64,000 bases of DNA, from contig JAJXYN010000009.1 of the NCBI GenBank assembly GCA_021780535.1, positions 224,360-288,359 of the forward strand, read 5' to 3'. Of this stretch, positions 1-10,066 are shown piece after piece; the first letter of the stretch is position 1, and each line of letters opens with the position of its first letter. The DNA is from a bacterium (GTDB taxonomy: Bacteria; Patescibacteriota; Patescibacteriia; JAGPKW01). The notes below the pieces were generated by a model. The model was given only the letters and a program-made list of their open reading frames with translations, was not told the DNA's origin and did not search any database. Position numbers and translations under genes: made by a program.

Positions 1-171
1 GCACTAATAAATATACAACTTGATATCGTTATTCTATTTATTATACTAATATTAATTCCTATTATATTAAGTATAATAAAATTTATAATTGGAATGATAA
101 TAATATTTGGTAAAAGCAAGAATAAAATTACATTAGAAAATATAAAAGACAAAATTAAAATATTTGATTAG
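1..171 (+). CDS. Partial CDS (5' end outside window), hydrophobic C-terminus of a membrane protein
   Basis: Open frame from position 1 to TAG at 169-171 (…IILSIIKFIIGMIIIFGKSKNKITLENIKDKIKIFD*). A hairpin terminator follows. Confidence 0.3.
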   Translation, partial: ALINIQLDIVILFIILILIPIILSIIKFIIGMIIIFGKSKNKITLENIKDKIKIFD

Positions 172-180
172 ATTAAAAAT

Positions 181-219
181 AAAAAAATAGACCATAATTT
201 AAATTGTGGTCTATTTTTG
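181..219. terminator. Bidirectional rho-independent terminator hairpin
   Basis: agaccataattt / aaattgtggtct inverted repeat (11 of 12 bp), flanked by an A-run and a T-run, between convergent genes. Confidence 0.4.
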
Positions 220-231
220 TAATTGCTATTT

Positions 232-729
232 TTATTTAACAACTGGAGTAGTTGGAGTTGCTACGTTAGCTAATTTTGTTTCTAGATCTGATTTTGTTTT
301 ATTAAATTTAGCTATTCTAGTATCAATAATTTTTTCTTTACTAGCTTTTACAGAAGCTGATAATTTTGTATTAGCTTCATATGCAACTTTTTGATCTTGA
401 GCTGTTATTATTTCTTTATCAATTGCAGCAATTTTATTTTCTAACATTTTTTTTGTTTGAGCAGATGTATCTTTCTTGGTAGTAGTTGATTTTGCTGTTG
501 TTACTTTTTTAACATTTGCCTTTTTTGCTGTTGTTACTTTTTTAACATTTGCCTTTTTTGCTATTTTACTTACCACTTTTTTAATATCTGTCTTTGCTTT
601 TACTTTCACAACTGGAGTTACTGATGGTGATGTAGCAACTTGTTTTGTTGTTACTAAAGCAAAAGATTGAGAAGCTAACAAAGCTGTTGCAAATACTCCA
701 ACTAATGCTAATTTTGTTTGATTTTTCAT
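232..729 (-). CDS. Secreted Lys/Ala/Thr-rich protein with tandem KKANVKKVTTAK repeats
   Basis: N-terminal signal peptide (MKNQTKLALVGVFATALLASQSFA). The lysine-rich tail is encoded by a perfect 33-nt tandem DNA repeat at about 476-560. Confidence 0.5.
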   Translation of the reverse strand: MKNQTKLALVGVFATALLASQSFALVTTKQVATSPSVTPVVKVKAKTDIKKVVSKIAKKANVKKVTTAKKANVKKVTTAKSTTTKKDTSAQTKKMLENKIAAIDKEIITAQDQKVAYEANTKLSASVKASKEKIIDTRIAKFNKTKSDLETKLANVATPTTPVVK

Positions 730-842
730 ATTTTTATAATTAATTTTAATATTGGTTTTATTTTTATATTGTGATCGAATTTTAACGACCTTTTATTCTT
801 TCATGTTTTATTACGATATTTATAAAAATATGTTACATTATC

Positions 843-1934
843 TTATTTAATTTTGTTATTTTTATTATTTTTATTGAAAATATTTGGATTATTAATGATA
901 AATTCTGCATCTTTTAGATCTTTTTCTGCTGATTTACTGTTCCCGTTATTATATTTTACTTTTGAATCTATTAATTTATTTTCTATAATCATCATTATGT
1001 TTTCTGAGGCTTTTTCGCTAAAGCCCTTTTTTAATAAATTATTTTTTAAATCTATTTGTTTATTGTTTATATCTTCTATATATTTTTTAAAACTATCTTT
1101 ATTTACTGGATCTATAAATGAATTTTCTAAAATATCTGTTGTAAGATCTATTTTTATTTCTGAAAGATTTTTTGTATTGCTTGTATTTATTTTGGAATAT
1201 ATTGAATTAATTTGTTCCTTGTTTCTATAAGCAATATCTAAAGATCTAGATGTTGTATTTATAATATCTTTAATTTCTTTAGTATCTTGGTCATCATTTA
1301 TTGATGTGCTAGCTAAATTTTCTAAAACCTCTATTTCTCTATTGATTGTATTGTTAAATATATCTAGTGCTTGCTTTAGTTCATTAGGATTTTTTAATTT
1401 TTTTATTTCTAATATTGTTTTATCTTTTAAATTTTTTATATCCTTCATAGTTTCAGCTATTGCTGTCTTTGAATAAACTTTTGTATTTATTGATGTATTA
1501 ACTTCAGCAGCATAAACCGTGTTTATAAATAACGTGCTTGTTGTTGTGTTATTTTGTGCATCTTTTTTTATATTTTTACTTTGTATATTTTTTATTTCGT
1601 CTAATTTTTGGTTAATTAAATTATTGTAGTATTTAATTTTAGATAAATTAGAAACTTTTGTTGAAGATACTATATTTTGTAAATCTGTTTTTATTGGATA
1701 TAAATAATCACCCATCGTGATGTTTGAAGAATTTATTATATATGATGACGATACAAAAATGATAGCAAATGAAGACGCTGTTATTAATTCAACAAAAAAA
1801 ATCTTTCTATTTATTTTATGCTTTTTAATAGATAAAAATAATAACTTTATAAATAACTTAAAACTGCCAAATATACTCATTTTATATTTTGGCATATTAC
1901 CTAACATATATTTTAAATCTTTATTATTTTCCAT
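843..1934 (-). CDS. Putative anti-sigma factor / single-pass membrane coiled-coil protein co-transcribed with the ECF sigma
   Basis: Start overlaps the ECF sigma gene stop by 11 nt. One predicted transmembrane helix near residues 45-65. Asn/Lys-rich coiled-coil ectodomain. No recognisable catalytic motif. Confidence 0.4.
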   Translation of the reverse strand: MENNKDLKYMLGNMPKYKMSIFGSFKLFIKLLFLSIKKHKINRKIFFVELITASSFAIIFVSSSYIINSSNITMGDYLYPIKTDLQNIVSSTKVSNLSKIKYYNNLINQKLDEIKNIQSKNIKKDAQNNTTTSTLFINTVYAAEVNTSINTKVYSKTAIAETMKDIKNLKDKTILEIKKLKNPNELKQALDIFNNTINREIEVLENLASTSINDDQDTKEIKDIINTTSRSLDIAYRNKEQINSIYSKINTSNTKNLSEIKIDLTTDILENSFIDPVNKDSFKKYIEDINNKQIDLKNNLLKKGFSEKASENIMMIIENKLIDSKVKYNNGNSKSAEKDLKDAEFIINNPNIFNKNNKNNKIK

Positions 1935-2463
1935 TTTTATTATTTTCTTCTATTATTTTTTTCAATTTAGCAAGTGTTCTATGAACCATAACTCTTATCG
2001 TACCTTCTTTTTTGTTTAATAATTTTGATATTTCTTCATAATCTATGTCGTCTATAAATTTTAATACTATTATTTCTTTTTCTAACTTAGATAATTTATT
2101 AATAGACCCTAACAAATCTTCTTTTAAAATTTCATTATCTATTTTATATTCAAAATCTTCTTTGTAACTTAAATTTATATCTTCTTCTATATTATTATCT
2201 TCAGCTTCTAATAATGCATCTATTGATAAATCTTTTTTATCTTTTCTATAATAATCTACCAGATGATTATGTGCTATTCTATATATCCAAGGTCCAAATT
2301 CTTTTGTATTATCAAAAGAATCCACTCCATTTATTGCTTTTTCAAATACATCAGAAACTAAATCTTCTGACAGCTCTCTATTAAAGCCTGTCCTATAAAA
2401 AAAATAATTAAATATTTTATCCTTAAATTTATTATAATTTTTTAAAAAATCAAGTGAACTCAT
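1924..2463 (-). CDS. ECF-type RNA polymerase sigma-70 factor
   Basis: 179 aa. Region 2 motifs (FEKAINGVDSFD…WIYRIAHNHLVDYYR) and a region 4 helix-turn-helix (EGTIRVMVHRTLAKLKK). Confidence 0.8.
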   Translation of the reverse strand: MSSLDFLKNYNKFKDKIFNYFFYRTGFNRELSEDLVSDVFEKAINGVDSFDNTKEFGPWIYRIAHNHLVDYYRKDKKDLSIDALLEAEDNNIEEDINLSYKEDFEYKIDNEILKEDLLGSINKLSKLEKEIIVLKFIDDIDYEEISKLLNKKEGTIRVMVHRTLAKLKKIIEENNKNGK

Positions 2464-2505
2464 CTCATGTTTTTTATACGATATTAGTATTTTTTTGTTA
2501 CAAGT

Positions 2506-4179
2506 TTATTCTTTTTTAGAAAATATTCCTGGTATTATATTATAATTTATTTTTATTATTGCAATACCCATATTTATAAAACTAGATCCTTCTTTGTAAA
2601 TTATATATCTTGATTCCCATTTGGGATGAAATTTTTCCTTAAATAAACTTAATCCCTTGAAATTATAAATTGAATTTAGATTTTTATACATAAAATTAAA
2701 TAATTTTTCCATTGTTTTATCTTCTTTACTTTCTCCAACTAAATAAAATGGGCTTAAACCTAAATTAACATTTTTTATGTTTTTTGATTTTGCATAATTA
2801 AATAATTCTACAAATAAAAATTCCATTACCCCATTATTTTCAGAATTTATTTTTCTTCTCATTAGATCTACTCCTATTTCATTATTGTTTTTATTTTCTA
2901 TTATATTTAAAAATGCTTCAATATCTCCTTTTGAGTTTTCTACTGTTAAAAATGTTGTTGTCTTAATATATTCATCATTAATACATCCCATTGCAAATCC
3001 ACCATTTTCTTTATTGTTATGAGAAGATAACCAATCATTTGTTATGCTTTTTAATTTATGAATAAAATGATTTTCTATTGGGGGATTATATATTTTAAAT
3101 GAATAATTTTCTTTTATTTTTTTTACTATACTTCTTATTTTTTTATTTTCATGTCCTTCTAAAGTAAAATTTTCTGAATCTACTATTGCCTCTCTTCCTA
3201 TTTTAAAATTACTAAAATTAGCTTTTCTATAAGCGTCTAAATATTTATCAGATGCTTGATAAAAATAAACATTCCAATCATTTTTATTTCCAAATTCTAT
3301 AAATTCTTTTATATCATCTTCTATAAAAATCTCATCACCTATCGGATCACCTAAAACTAAACAACTTCTACCAGATGTTTTGTATGCTATTAATGAATTG
3401 TGATTTGTAAAAAAATAATTTTTATCACCTATTAAACAAAAACTAGATATTAAAAATTTAGATTTTGATTTTAATATTTCTGTTGCTTTTAATTTTTCTT
3501 GTTTGCTTGGTTTATTTTTTATTAATATTGGCTGAACAATTTTAAAAAATGAATACAAAGATAAGCTTACAAATAATATATCAAATGAAATTATAAATTT
3601 GTTATATTTTATGCCCTCTAAGCCTTTTATATTTGAATTCACCAGTATATTCACTACGGATTTTGAGCCATCAATTAAATTTAATTCCATATTGTGCCTT
3701 TCGTAAATGATATGCGACCCTATAAAACCGTAAACAAAAATTATAACCAAAGAAACAATAGCCCTTATTATACCATCTTTTATTGACGGTTTATCAGATA
3801 ATACATTGTAATACTTTCTATTTACAAATATCCAAGACATTAATATTAAGAAAAAAATTGCTTCTTCATAATCAAATCCTTTTATTAAATTAAGTATTGC
3901 CGATATCATAAAAATTATAAAAGCTAAATACCATGCAGTTTTTTTTCTTCTTAATAAATTAATAGATAAAAATATTAAAAATACACCAAAAAACATTGTT
4001 ATAAATTTTGCTCCACTTGATACATCGGTCGGGATAAAATTGTACAAGAATCCTAATCTTTCTTTGATTGATGGTGTTATTGATGAAAAAATATTTATCA
4101 AACCAGATATAATCGTTATTATACCTATTGAATCTATGTTTATTTTTTCAATAATATCTTTGTTTAAAGTATTTTTCAT
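2506..4179 (-). CDS. Polytopic membrane protein with a C-terminal cytoplasmic domain, MprF/LysX-like (DUF2156-type) candidate
   Basis: About 7 N-terminal transmembrane helices followed by a roughly 280-aa soluble domain (…LVLGDPIGDE…). The architecture resembles aminoacyl-phosphatidylglycerol synthases. The assignment is tentative. Confidence 0.35.
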   Translation of the reverse strand: MKNTLNKDIIEKINIDSIGIITIISGLINIFSSITPSIKERLGFLYNFIPTDVSSGAKFITMFFGVFLIFLSINLLRRKKTAWYLAFIIFMISAILNLIKGFDYEEAIFFLILMSWIFVNRKYYNVLSDKPSIKDGIIRAIVSLVIIFVYGFIGSHIIYERHNMELNLIDGSKSVVNILVNSNIKGLEGIKYNKFIISFDILFVSLSLYSFFKIVQPILIKNKPSKQEKLKATEILKSKSKFLISSFCLIGDKNYFFTNHNSLIAYKTSGRSCLVLGDPIGDEIFIEDDIKEFIEFGNKNDWNVYFYQASDKYLDAYRKANFSNFKIGREAIVDSENFTLEGHENKKIRSIVKKIKENYSFKIYNPPIENHFIHKLKSITNDWLSSHNNKENGGFAMGCINDEYIKTTTFLTVENSKGDIEAFLNIIENKNNNEIGVDLMRRKINSENNGVMEFLFVELFNYAKSKNIKNVNLGLSPFYLVGESKEDKTMEKLFNFMYKNLNSIYNFKGLSLFKEKFHPKWESRYIIYKEGSSFINMGIAIIKINYNIIPGIFSKKE

Positions 4180-4180
4180 A

Positions 4181-4531
4181 TTATTTATTTTGTTGCAATA
4201 TTAAACTACTTATCTCTATTGCGTCAATATCATGACTACTTAAAAATTTACCTCGTATATTTATACTATCTCCTTTTTCTAACTTTAATTTTTGTTTAAA
4301 AATAGTATTTTCTGAAATATTTATCTTCCATTTTACTCCATTATTATCTTTAACGTATAAATATTGCTCATCTTTTGTTATTTTTGTATCCTCTATAACT
4401 CCTTTTAAATAATAATTTTCGCCTATTGTTGTACCGTTAATCACGTTTTTATTTTTGAAATACAAAATAAATACAATTATAAAAATTATTAATACAATAA
4501 TTGATATGATTAATTTTATTTGTTTATTCAT
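4181..4531 (-). CDS. Small membrane-anchored protein (N-terminal transmembrane helix plus beta-rich domain)
   Basis: 116 aa with a hydrophobic N-terminus (LIISIIVLIIFIIVFILYF). Sits immediately downstream of the MprF-like gene. Confidence 0.4.
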   Translation of the reverse strand: MNKQIKLIISIIVLIIFIIVFILYFKNKNVINGTTIGENYYLKGVIEDTKITKDEQYLYVKDNNGVKWKINISENTIFKQKLKLEKGDSINIRGKFLSSHDIDAIEISSLILQQNK

Positions 4532-4670
4532 ATTTAAATATTATATAGTAATTTTATCATAATATTTTTACAATATAAAAAATAGCTACTTCTAGCCATT
4601 TATAATACTACGTGGCCTCCTAATGCAGAACTTCCTATTTTCTAAATTCACTTCACTCATTAAAAAAATG

Positions 4671-4745
4671 CGGTGCCGACGGTGAGAATCGAACTCACGA
4701 CGCCAGGCTCTTCAGGCCTGCGCTCTACCACTGAGCTACATCGGC
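4671..4745 (-). tRNA. tRNA-Phe (anticodon GAA)
   Basis: The reverse complement folds as a cloverleaf: acceptor GCCGATG/CGTCGGC, D-loop AGCTCAGTGGTAGAGC, anticodon loop CUGAAGA, T-loop GTTCGATTC. Confidence 0.85.
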
Positions 4746-4837
4746 TTTAATATGAATAACAATATAACAGATATTATAACTTTAGACAAGACTTATAATA
4801 AAAAACAGGGCTTTAATATTTTAGCCCTGCAATATGA

Positions 4838-5776
4838 CTATTTTAAGCCATAAAATTCACTCATTGTTACAAATTTATAACCATCTTTTATATATTTTGA
4901 TAATATCTCTCTTAAATATATCTTATTACCTTCTTGATCTTCATCACAATGCAGAACTAATACAAACTTGTTATTAAACTCTAACTTGACTGCATTATTA
5001 TATACAGTTTTAACTGTGGTTTTAGTGCCCCAATCACCACAACTAGTACCTATTGTCACAATATAGCCAAATTTTTCTTTTATTGCCTCATTATATTTTT
5101 TTGTAGTTGAAAAATATGGTGGCCTGAAAAATCTTACCGGTCCAGAGTAATATTTTTCTATTTCATTCTTGCATTTATTTATATTTTCTAAGGCTTTTTC
5201 TATTGAAATATCTACCATATTCACATGATCATATGTATGATTCGCTATCTCATGATTACTTGCAACAATTCTATCAAATGACTTCTTAAATCTAGTAATA
5301 TTTCTACCGACAATGAAGAATGTTGCTTTTATTTTATATTCATCAAGTATATCTAGTAATTTTTCAGTTCCCTTATGTGGTCCATCATCAAAACATAATG
5401 CTACTATTTTTTCCCCATTATTATTCAAATTTTTATTATTATTTGTTTTGCTTACTTGATTGATGGTTTTAATGTTTTTTGGTTTTTCTACTTGTGGCTG
5501 TATTTTTTTAAATACAACAGGTTTAACCATTTTTATTAATCCAGTATTGTAATCATATAAATTAAAACTTATAGGACTTGCATTTACATTATTATGTTCT
5601 TGAATAATATTATCTTCTGTTTTAACCAAAAGCCTTGACGATGTATTTTTATTAATAATTCTACTATCACTTTCAAATGATGCGGAATTACCACCTACTA
5701 CAAATACATAAAAAAATACTAAAAGAGTAATTCTTGGCATATTCACGACGAGCCCCCTTGTGAATTGTATAAACAA
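4838..5776 (-). CDS. Polysaccharide deacetylase (NodB-homology, PgdA-like), secreted or membrane-anchored
   Basis: Motifs ALCFDDGP and HTYDHVNM (His-His metal site). N-terminal hydrophobic segment. Confidence 0.85.
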   Translation of the reverse strand: MFIQFTRGLVVNMPRITLLVFFYVFVVGGNSASFESDSRIINKNTSSRLLVKTEDNIIQEHNNVNASPISFNLYDYNTGLIKMVKPVVFKKIQPQVEKPKNIKTINQVSKTNNNKNLNNNGEKIVALCFDDGPHKGTEKLLDILDEYKIKATFFIVGRNITRFKKSFDRIVASNHEIANHTYDHVNMVDISIEKALENINKCKNEIEKYYSGPVRFFRPPYFSTTKKYNEAIKEKFGYIVTIGTSCGDWGTKTTVKTVYNNAVKLEFNNKFVLVLHCDEDQEGNKIYLREILSKYIKDGYKFVTMSEFYGLK

Positions 5777-5830
5777 GCTACCAGATATTATAACAAATGT
5801 AAATAAAAAAGAGACATTAAGTCTCTAATT

Positions 5831-7342
5831 TTATTTTATTAATATATTACCCGTCATTTCTTTTGGAATATCAAGATTTAACATGTTTAATATTGTTGGT
5901 GCTATATCATTTAAATAGCCGATTTTATTTGCAAATGTTTTTCCTTTATATTCTTCGCCAAAAACTATAAATGGAACCGGATTTAACGAATGAGATGTTA
6001 TTGGCTGATTTGATATTGGATCAAATTTTTCTTCTGCATTTCCATGATCAGCTGTAATTATAACTGTTGCGTCGTGCTTTTTTGCTTCTTCTAATATTTT
6101 TCCTATAGCTACATCAACCGCTTCAACACCTTTAATTATTGCTTCCCAATTTCCAGTGTGACCAACCATATCGCAATTTACTAGATTTGTAGCTATAAAT
6201 GAATATTTTTCTTCGGAAATAGCTTTTACAACTTCAGAGCTTATTTCTTTAGCTTTCATTTCTGGTTTTTCATCATGAGTTTTTACATTCTTATTACTAT
6301 CTATCATAATCCTATCCTCTCCTTCTTCTGATTCATATTTTTGAGCATTGAAGAAAAAAGTTAAATGAACAAATTTTTCAGTTTCTGTAACTTTTAATTG
6401 TTTTAAATTATTTCTACTTATAACTTCTGATAATGTATTATTTATAATTTCTTTCCCAAATAAAGCTTCTATATCTATAGTTGTATCTTTATCATCAAAA
6501 TAATTTGTCATTGTAACAAATTTTAAATTTTGTATTTTTGCATCATATATCATTCTTGTTATCTGTACCGCTCTATCACTTCTAAAATTTGCAAATATTA
6601 ATCCGTCATTTTCTTTTATTTCATGTCCATTTTTTACAAATACTGGTTCTATAAATTCGTCTGTTATATTTTTTGAATATGAATTGCTTATAATTTCTTC
6701 TGCACTATTTTCTTCTATAAAATCTTTTTTTGTTATTGTGTTAAAATATTTTTCTGTACGATCCATATTTTTATCACGATCCATCGCAAAATATCTTCCT
6801 GATATTGATGATATTCTTACCTCAGCAAAATCAGATATATAATCTTCTATATCTTTTAAATACTCTATAGATGATCTTGGAAATGTATCTCTTCCATCTG
6901 TTATTAAGTGCAATGAGATTTTTTTAATATTATTATCTTCTGCAATTTTTATTAATGCTTTTATATGATTTGAATGTCCATGAACACCACCCGGACCAAG
7001 TATCCCCATTATATGAAATGTACTATTATTCTCATTGACATGTTTTATTGTTTTTAATAAAACTTCATTATCTTTTAATGTATTATTCTTTATTGAATTA
7101 TCTATTTTTAATAAATTTTGATAAATTATTCTCCCAGAACCAATTATAAGATGGTTTGCCTCAGATGTTCCCATTTGGCCATCTGGCAAACCTATATCTT
7201 CTCCAGAAGCTTTTAATAAACAGTTTGGATAATTATTATATAAATAATTTAAATTTGGAGTGTTAGCATTAGCTATTGCATTATATTCTTTTTTTGGGCT
7301 ATATCCCATTCCATCGCATATTATTAGTACTATTTGCTTCAT
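5831..7342 (-). CDS. gpmI: 2,3-bisphosphoglycerate-independent phosphoglycerate mutase
   Basis: 503 aa. LIICDGMGYS, GQMGTSEANHLIIGSGR and ADHGNAE motifs typical of iPGM. Confidence 0.9.
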   Translation of the reverse strand: MKQIVLIICDGMGYSPKKEYNAIANANTPNLNYLYNNYPNCLLKASGEDIGLPDGQMGTSEANHLIIGSGRIIYQNLLKIDNSIKNNTLKDNEVLLKTIKHVNENNSTFHIMGILGPGGVHGHSNHIKALIKIAEDNNIKKISLHLITDGRDTFPRSSIEYLKDIEDYISDFAEVRISSISGRYFAMDRDKNMDRTEKYFNTITKKDFIEENSAEEIISNSYSKNITDEFIEPVFVKNGHEIKENDGLIFANFRSDRAVQITRMIYDAKIQNLKFVTMTNYFDDKDTTIDIEALFGKEIINNTLSEVISRNNLKQLKVTETEKFVHLTFFFNAQKYESEEGEDRIMIDSNKNVKTHDEKPEMKAKEISSEVVKAISEEKYSFIATNLVNCDMVGHTGNWEAIIKGVEAVDVAIGKILEEAKKHDATVIITADHGNAEEKFDPISNQPITSHSLNPVPFIVFGEEYKGKTFANKIGYLNDIAPTILNMLNLDIPKEMTGNILIK

Positions 7343-7487
7343 ATTATCTCTATTTGTTATTTATTAATTTATGTACAATGATTCTATAATAAAAAATGAT
7401 GTATGGAAAGAGATGAAAAAAATAAATTCAAATTAAAAATTTTCTATGCTATTATATTGATATAAGTTTAAATTTTATTAGATAAAA

Positions 7488-10022
7488 ATGTCTATCAACG
7501 AAGACTACAAACAAAAATCTATAGATGATTTAATTAAAGAATTAAATTCCTCAAAAAAAGGATTATCTGACAACGAAGCTAAACTAAGAATAAAAAAATT
7601 TGGTTTTAATGAAATAAAAAAAAGTAAAAAAATAAATCCTGTTTTTAAATTTTTATCTTTTTTAATTGATCCTTTATCTATAATACTTATTATAGCTGCT
7701 TTAATATCTGGCGTTACTGGTAGTTTCAAAAATTTTATAGTTATTATTATAATGGTTTTTGTAAGTGGTTTATTAAAATTTTATCAAGAATTTAAATCAG
7801 GAAAAGCTGCCGAAGCTATAGCTAAAAAACTGGCTATAAAATCTACGGTTTTAAGAAACAAAGAAAAGCAAGAAGTACCATCTAAGGAAATAGTAACTGG
7901 TGATATTGTTTTTTTATCTGCTGGTGATATCGTCCCAGCTGATGGAAAGATAATTAATTGTGATGATTTTTTTGTGAACGAATCTTCTTTAACTGGTGAG
8001 AGTTTTCCTGTTGAAAAATCTATTGATGGTGAATATAAAAATTCTTTTATCTATTCTGCTTCTAATGTAATATCTGGCTATGCAACATATCTTGTTTTAA
8101 AAACTGGAAAAGATACAGAATATGGTAAAATTGCTGAAAAAATAAATACTAATGAACCGGCAACAGCCTTTGAAGTTGGAATTAAAAAATTTAGCTTTTT
8201 GATTTTAAAATTAATAGTTGGACTTGTTGCTATAATTTTTTTTATCAATACCATACAACACAAAAATGTGCTTGATTCTTTTGTTTTCGCTATTGCTGTT
8301 GCGGTTGGTGTCACGCCAGAATTATTATCTATGATTATGAGCGTTAATATGGCAAAGGGCTCTATTGCTATGTCTAAAAAAGGTGTTATTGTTAAAAAAC
8401 TTGATGCTATACCAGATTTTGGAAGTATGGATATTTTATGTACTGATAAAACTGGGACATTGACTCAGGATAAAATTAGTTTAGTAAAAAATTTAGATGT
8501 AAATGGAAACGAATCATTAAAAGTTTTTGAACTTGTATATATAAATGGTAATCTTGAAACTGGAATTAAAAATCTTTTAGATAGAGCTATTTTGGAATTT
8601 GGAGAAAAAGAAAAAATAAAAAGTTTGTCAGAAATTAAAAAAATTAAAAAAATAGATGAAATTCCTTATGATTTTTTTAGAAAAAGATCTTCTATAGTTT
8701 ATATTGAAAAGAAAAATAAATTAATGGTTACAAAAGGAGCTCCTGAAGAAATATTTAAAATATGCTCTTACTATTTAGAAAATGACAAGGAAAACAAGAT
8801 AACAAAAAAAGTATTAGATGGAACTAAAAAAATATATAATGATTTATGCGCACAGGGTTTTAGAGTTTTAGCAATAGCAAGTAAAGATGTTGACGATAAT
8901 AAAACAAAATATTTAGTGCATGAAGAATTGGGAATGACACTTGTTGGATTTATTGCTTTTTTTGATCCACCAAAGATTAGTGCAAAAAAAACTCTTATTT
9001 TTATGAGAAATAGTGGTATTGAAATTAAAATATTAACTGGTGATTCTCATCTTGTTACTAAAAAAGTTTGCGAAGAATTAGATATTCCAATAAAAGGTAT
9101 TATCACCGGCGATGAATTAGATATAAATAATATTAGTGATGAAGAGCTTGGCAGAAAAGCTTTAAATATAACTATCTTTGGGAGAATGTCACCATCTCAA
9201 AAAGAAAGAATTATAATAGCTCTTAAAAAAACTGGCGCTATTGTTGGATATATGGGTGATGGTATTAATGACGCCCCTGCATTAAAATCTGCCGATGTTG
9301 GTATTTCTGTTGATAATGGTACTGATATTGCTAAAGAAAGTTCTGATATTATATTGATGAAAAAAGGATTAAAAGAATTAATAGACGGAGTTATTGAGGG
9401 TAGAAAAACATTTGGGAATACTATGAAATATATAATGATGGGATTATCTTCTAATTTTGGAAATATGTTTTCTATGATAGCAGCGGCTATATATTTACCA
9501 TTTTTTCCAATGTTACCATCTCAAATATTAGTAAATAATTTTATTTATGATTTATCACAAATATCTATACCATCAGATAATGTTGATGAAGAATATTTAA
9601 ATAAACCAAAGAGATGGGATATAAAATTTATTAGAAAATTTACTTTTATATTTGGACCGATTAGTTCATTGTTTGATATTTTAACATTTATTTTACTATT
9701 TAATGTATTTCATTTAAAAAATTCTCAATTCCAAACTGGTTGGTTTATAGAATCTTTATTAACTCAAGTTTTAGTTATTTTTATAATAAGAACTAATAAA
9801 AATCCATTAAAATCTAAACCAAGTAAATATATAGTATTAAGTAGTTTATTAGCATTACTTATTGGATTTACATTAATATCTCCTTTGTTTGCTAAATATA
9901 TAGAATTTTCATTATTGCCTATAAATGTATTGTTATCAATTTTTGTTTTAGTGTTTATTTATTTAATCCTTGTGGAAATTATAAAAAAAGTTTTTTATAA
10001 GAAGATATATACTAATAATTAA
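7488..10022 (+). CDS. Cation-transporting P-type ATPase (MgtA / Ca2+-ATPase-like)
   Basis: 844 aa. Phosphorylation motif CTDKTGTLT, hinge GDGINDAPALKSADVGISV, about 10 transmembrane helices and an N-terminal LSDNEAKLRIKKFGFNEI cation-ATPase_N motif. Confidence 0.85.
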   Translation: MSINEDYKQKSIDDLIKELNSSKKGLSDNEAKLRIKKFGFNEIKKSKKINPVFKFLSFLIDPLSIILIIAALISGVTGSFKNFIVIIIMVFVSGLLKFYQEFKSGKAAEAIAKKLAIKSTVLRNKEKQEVPSKEIVTGDIVFLSAGDIVPADGKIINCDDFFVNESSLTGESFPVEKSIDGEYKNSFIYSASNVISGYATYLVLKTGKDTEYGKIAEKINTNEPATAFEVGIKKFSFLILKLIVGLVAIIFFINTIQHKNVLDSFVFAIAVAVGVTPELLSMIMSVNMAKGSIAMSKKGVIVKKLDAIPDFGSMDILCTDKTGTLTQDKISLVKNLDVNGNESLKVFELVYINGNLETGIKNLLDRAILEFGEKEKIKSLSEIKKIKKIDEIPYDFFRKRSSIVYIEKKNKLMVTKGAPEEIFKICSYYLENDKENKITKKVLDGTKKIYNDLCAQGFRVLAIASKDVDDNKTKYLVHEELGMTLVGFIAFFDPPKISAKKTLIFMRNSGIEIKILTGDSHLVTKKVCEELDIPIKGIITGDELDINNISDEELGRKALNITIFGRMSPSQKERIIIALKKTGAIVGYMGDGINDAPALKSADVGISVDNGTDIAKESSDIILMKKGLKELIDGVIEGRKTFGNTMKYIMMGLSSNFGNMFSMIAAAIYLPFFPMLPSQILVNNFIYDLSQISIPSDNVDEEYLNKPKRWDIKFIRKFTFIFGPISSLFDILTFILLFNVFHLKNSQFQTGWFIESLLTQVLVIFIIRTNKNPLKSKPSKYIVLSSLLALLIGFTLISPLFAKYIEFSLLPINVLLSIFVLVFIYLILVEIIKKVFYKKIYTNN

Positions 10023-10023
10023 T

Positions 10024-10066
10024 AAAAAAATAAGTATCGCATTTGTGCAATACTTATTTTTATTAT
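10024..10066. terminator. Bidirectional terminator between the P-type ATPase and typA
   Basis: Hairpin aagtatcgca-tttg-tgcaatactt, flanked by an A-run and a T-run. Confidence 0.5.

Noticed and set aside
476-670. Plus-strand ORFs 206..394 and 476..670, and the 33-nt tandem repeat as a possible CRISPR or mini-satellite
   Set aside because: They lie antisense inside the signal-peptide-bearing lysine-rich gene. The repeat has only two copies, is coding, and has no spacer-repeat architecture.
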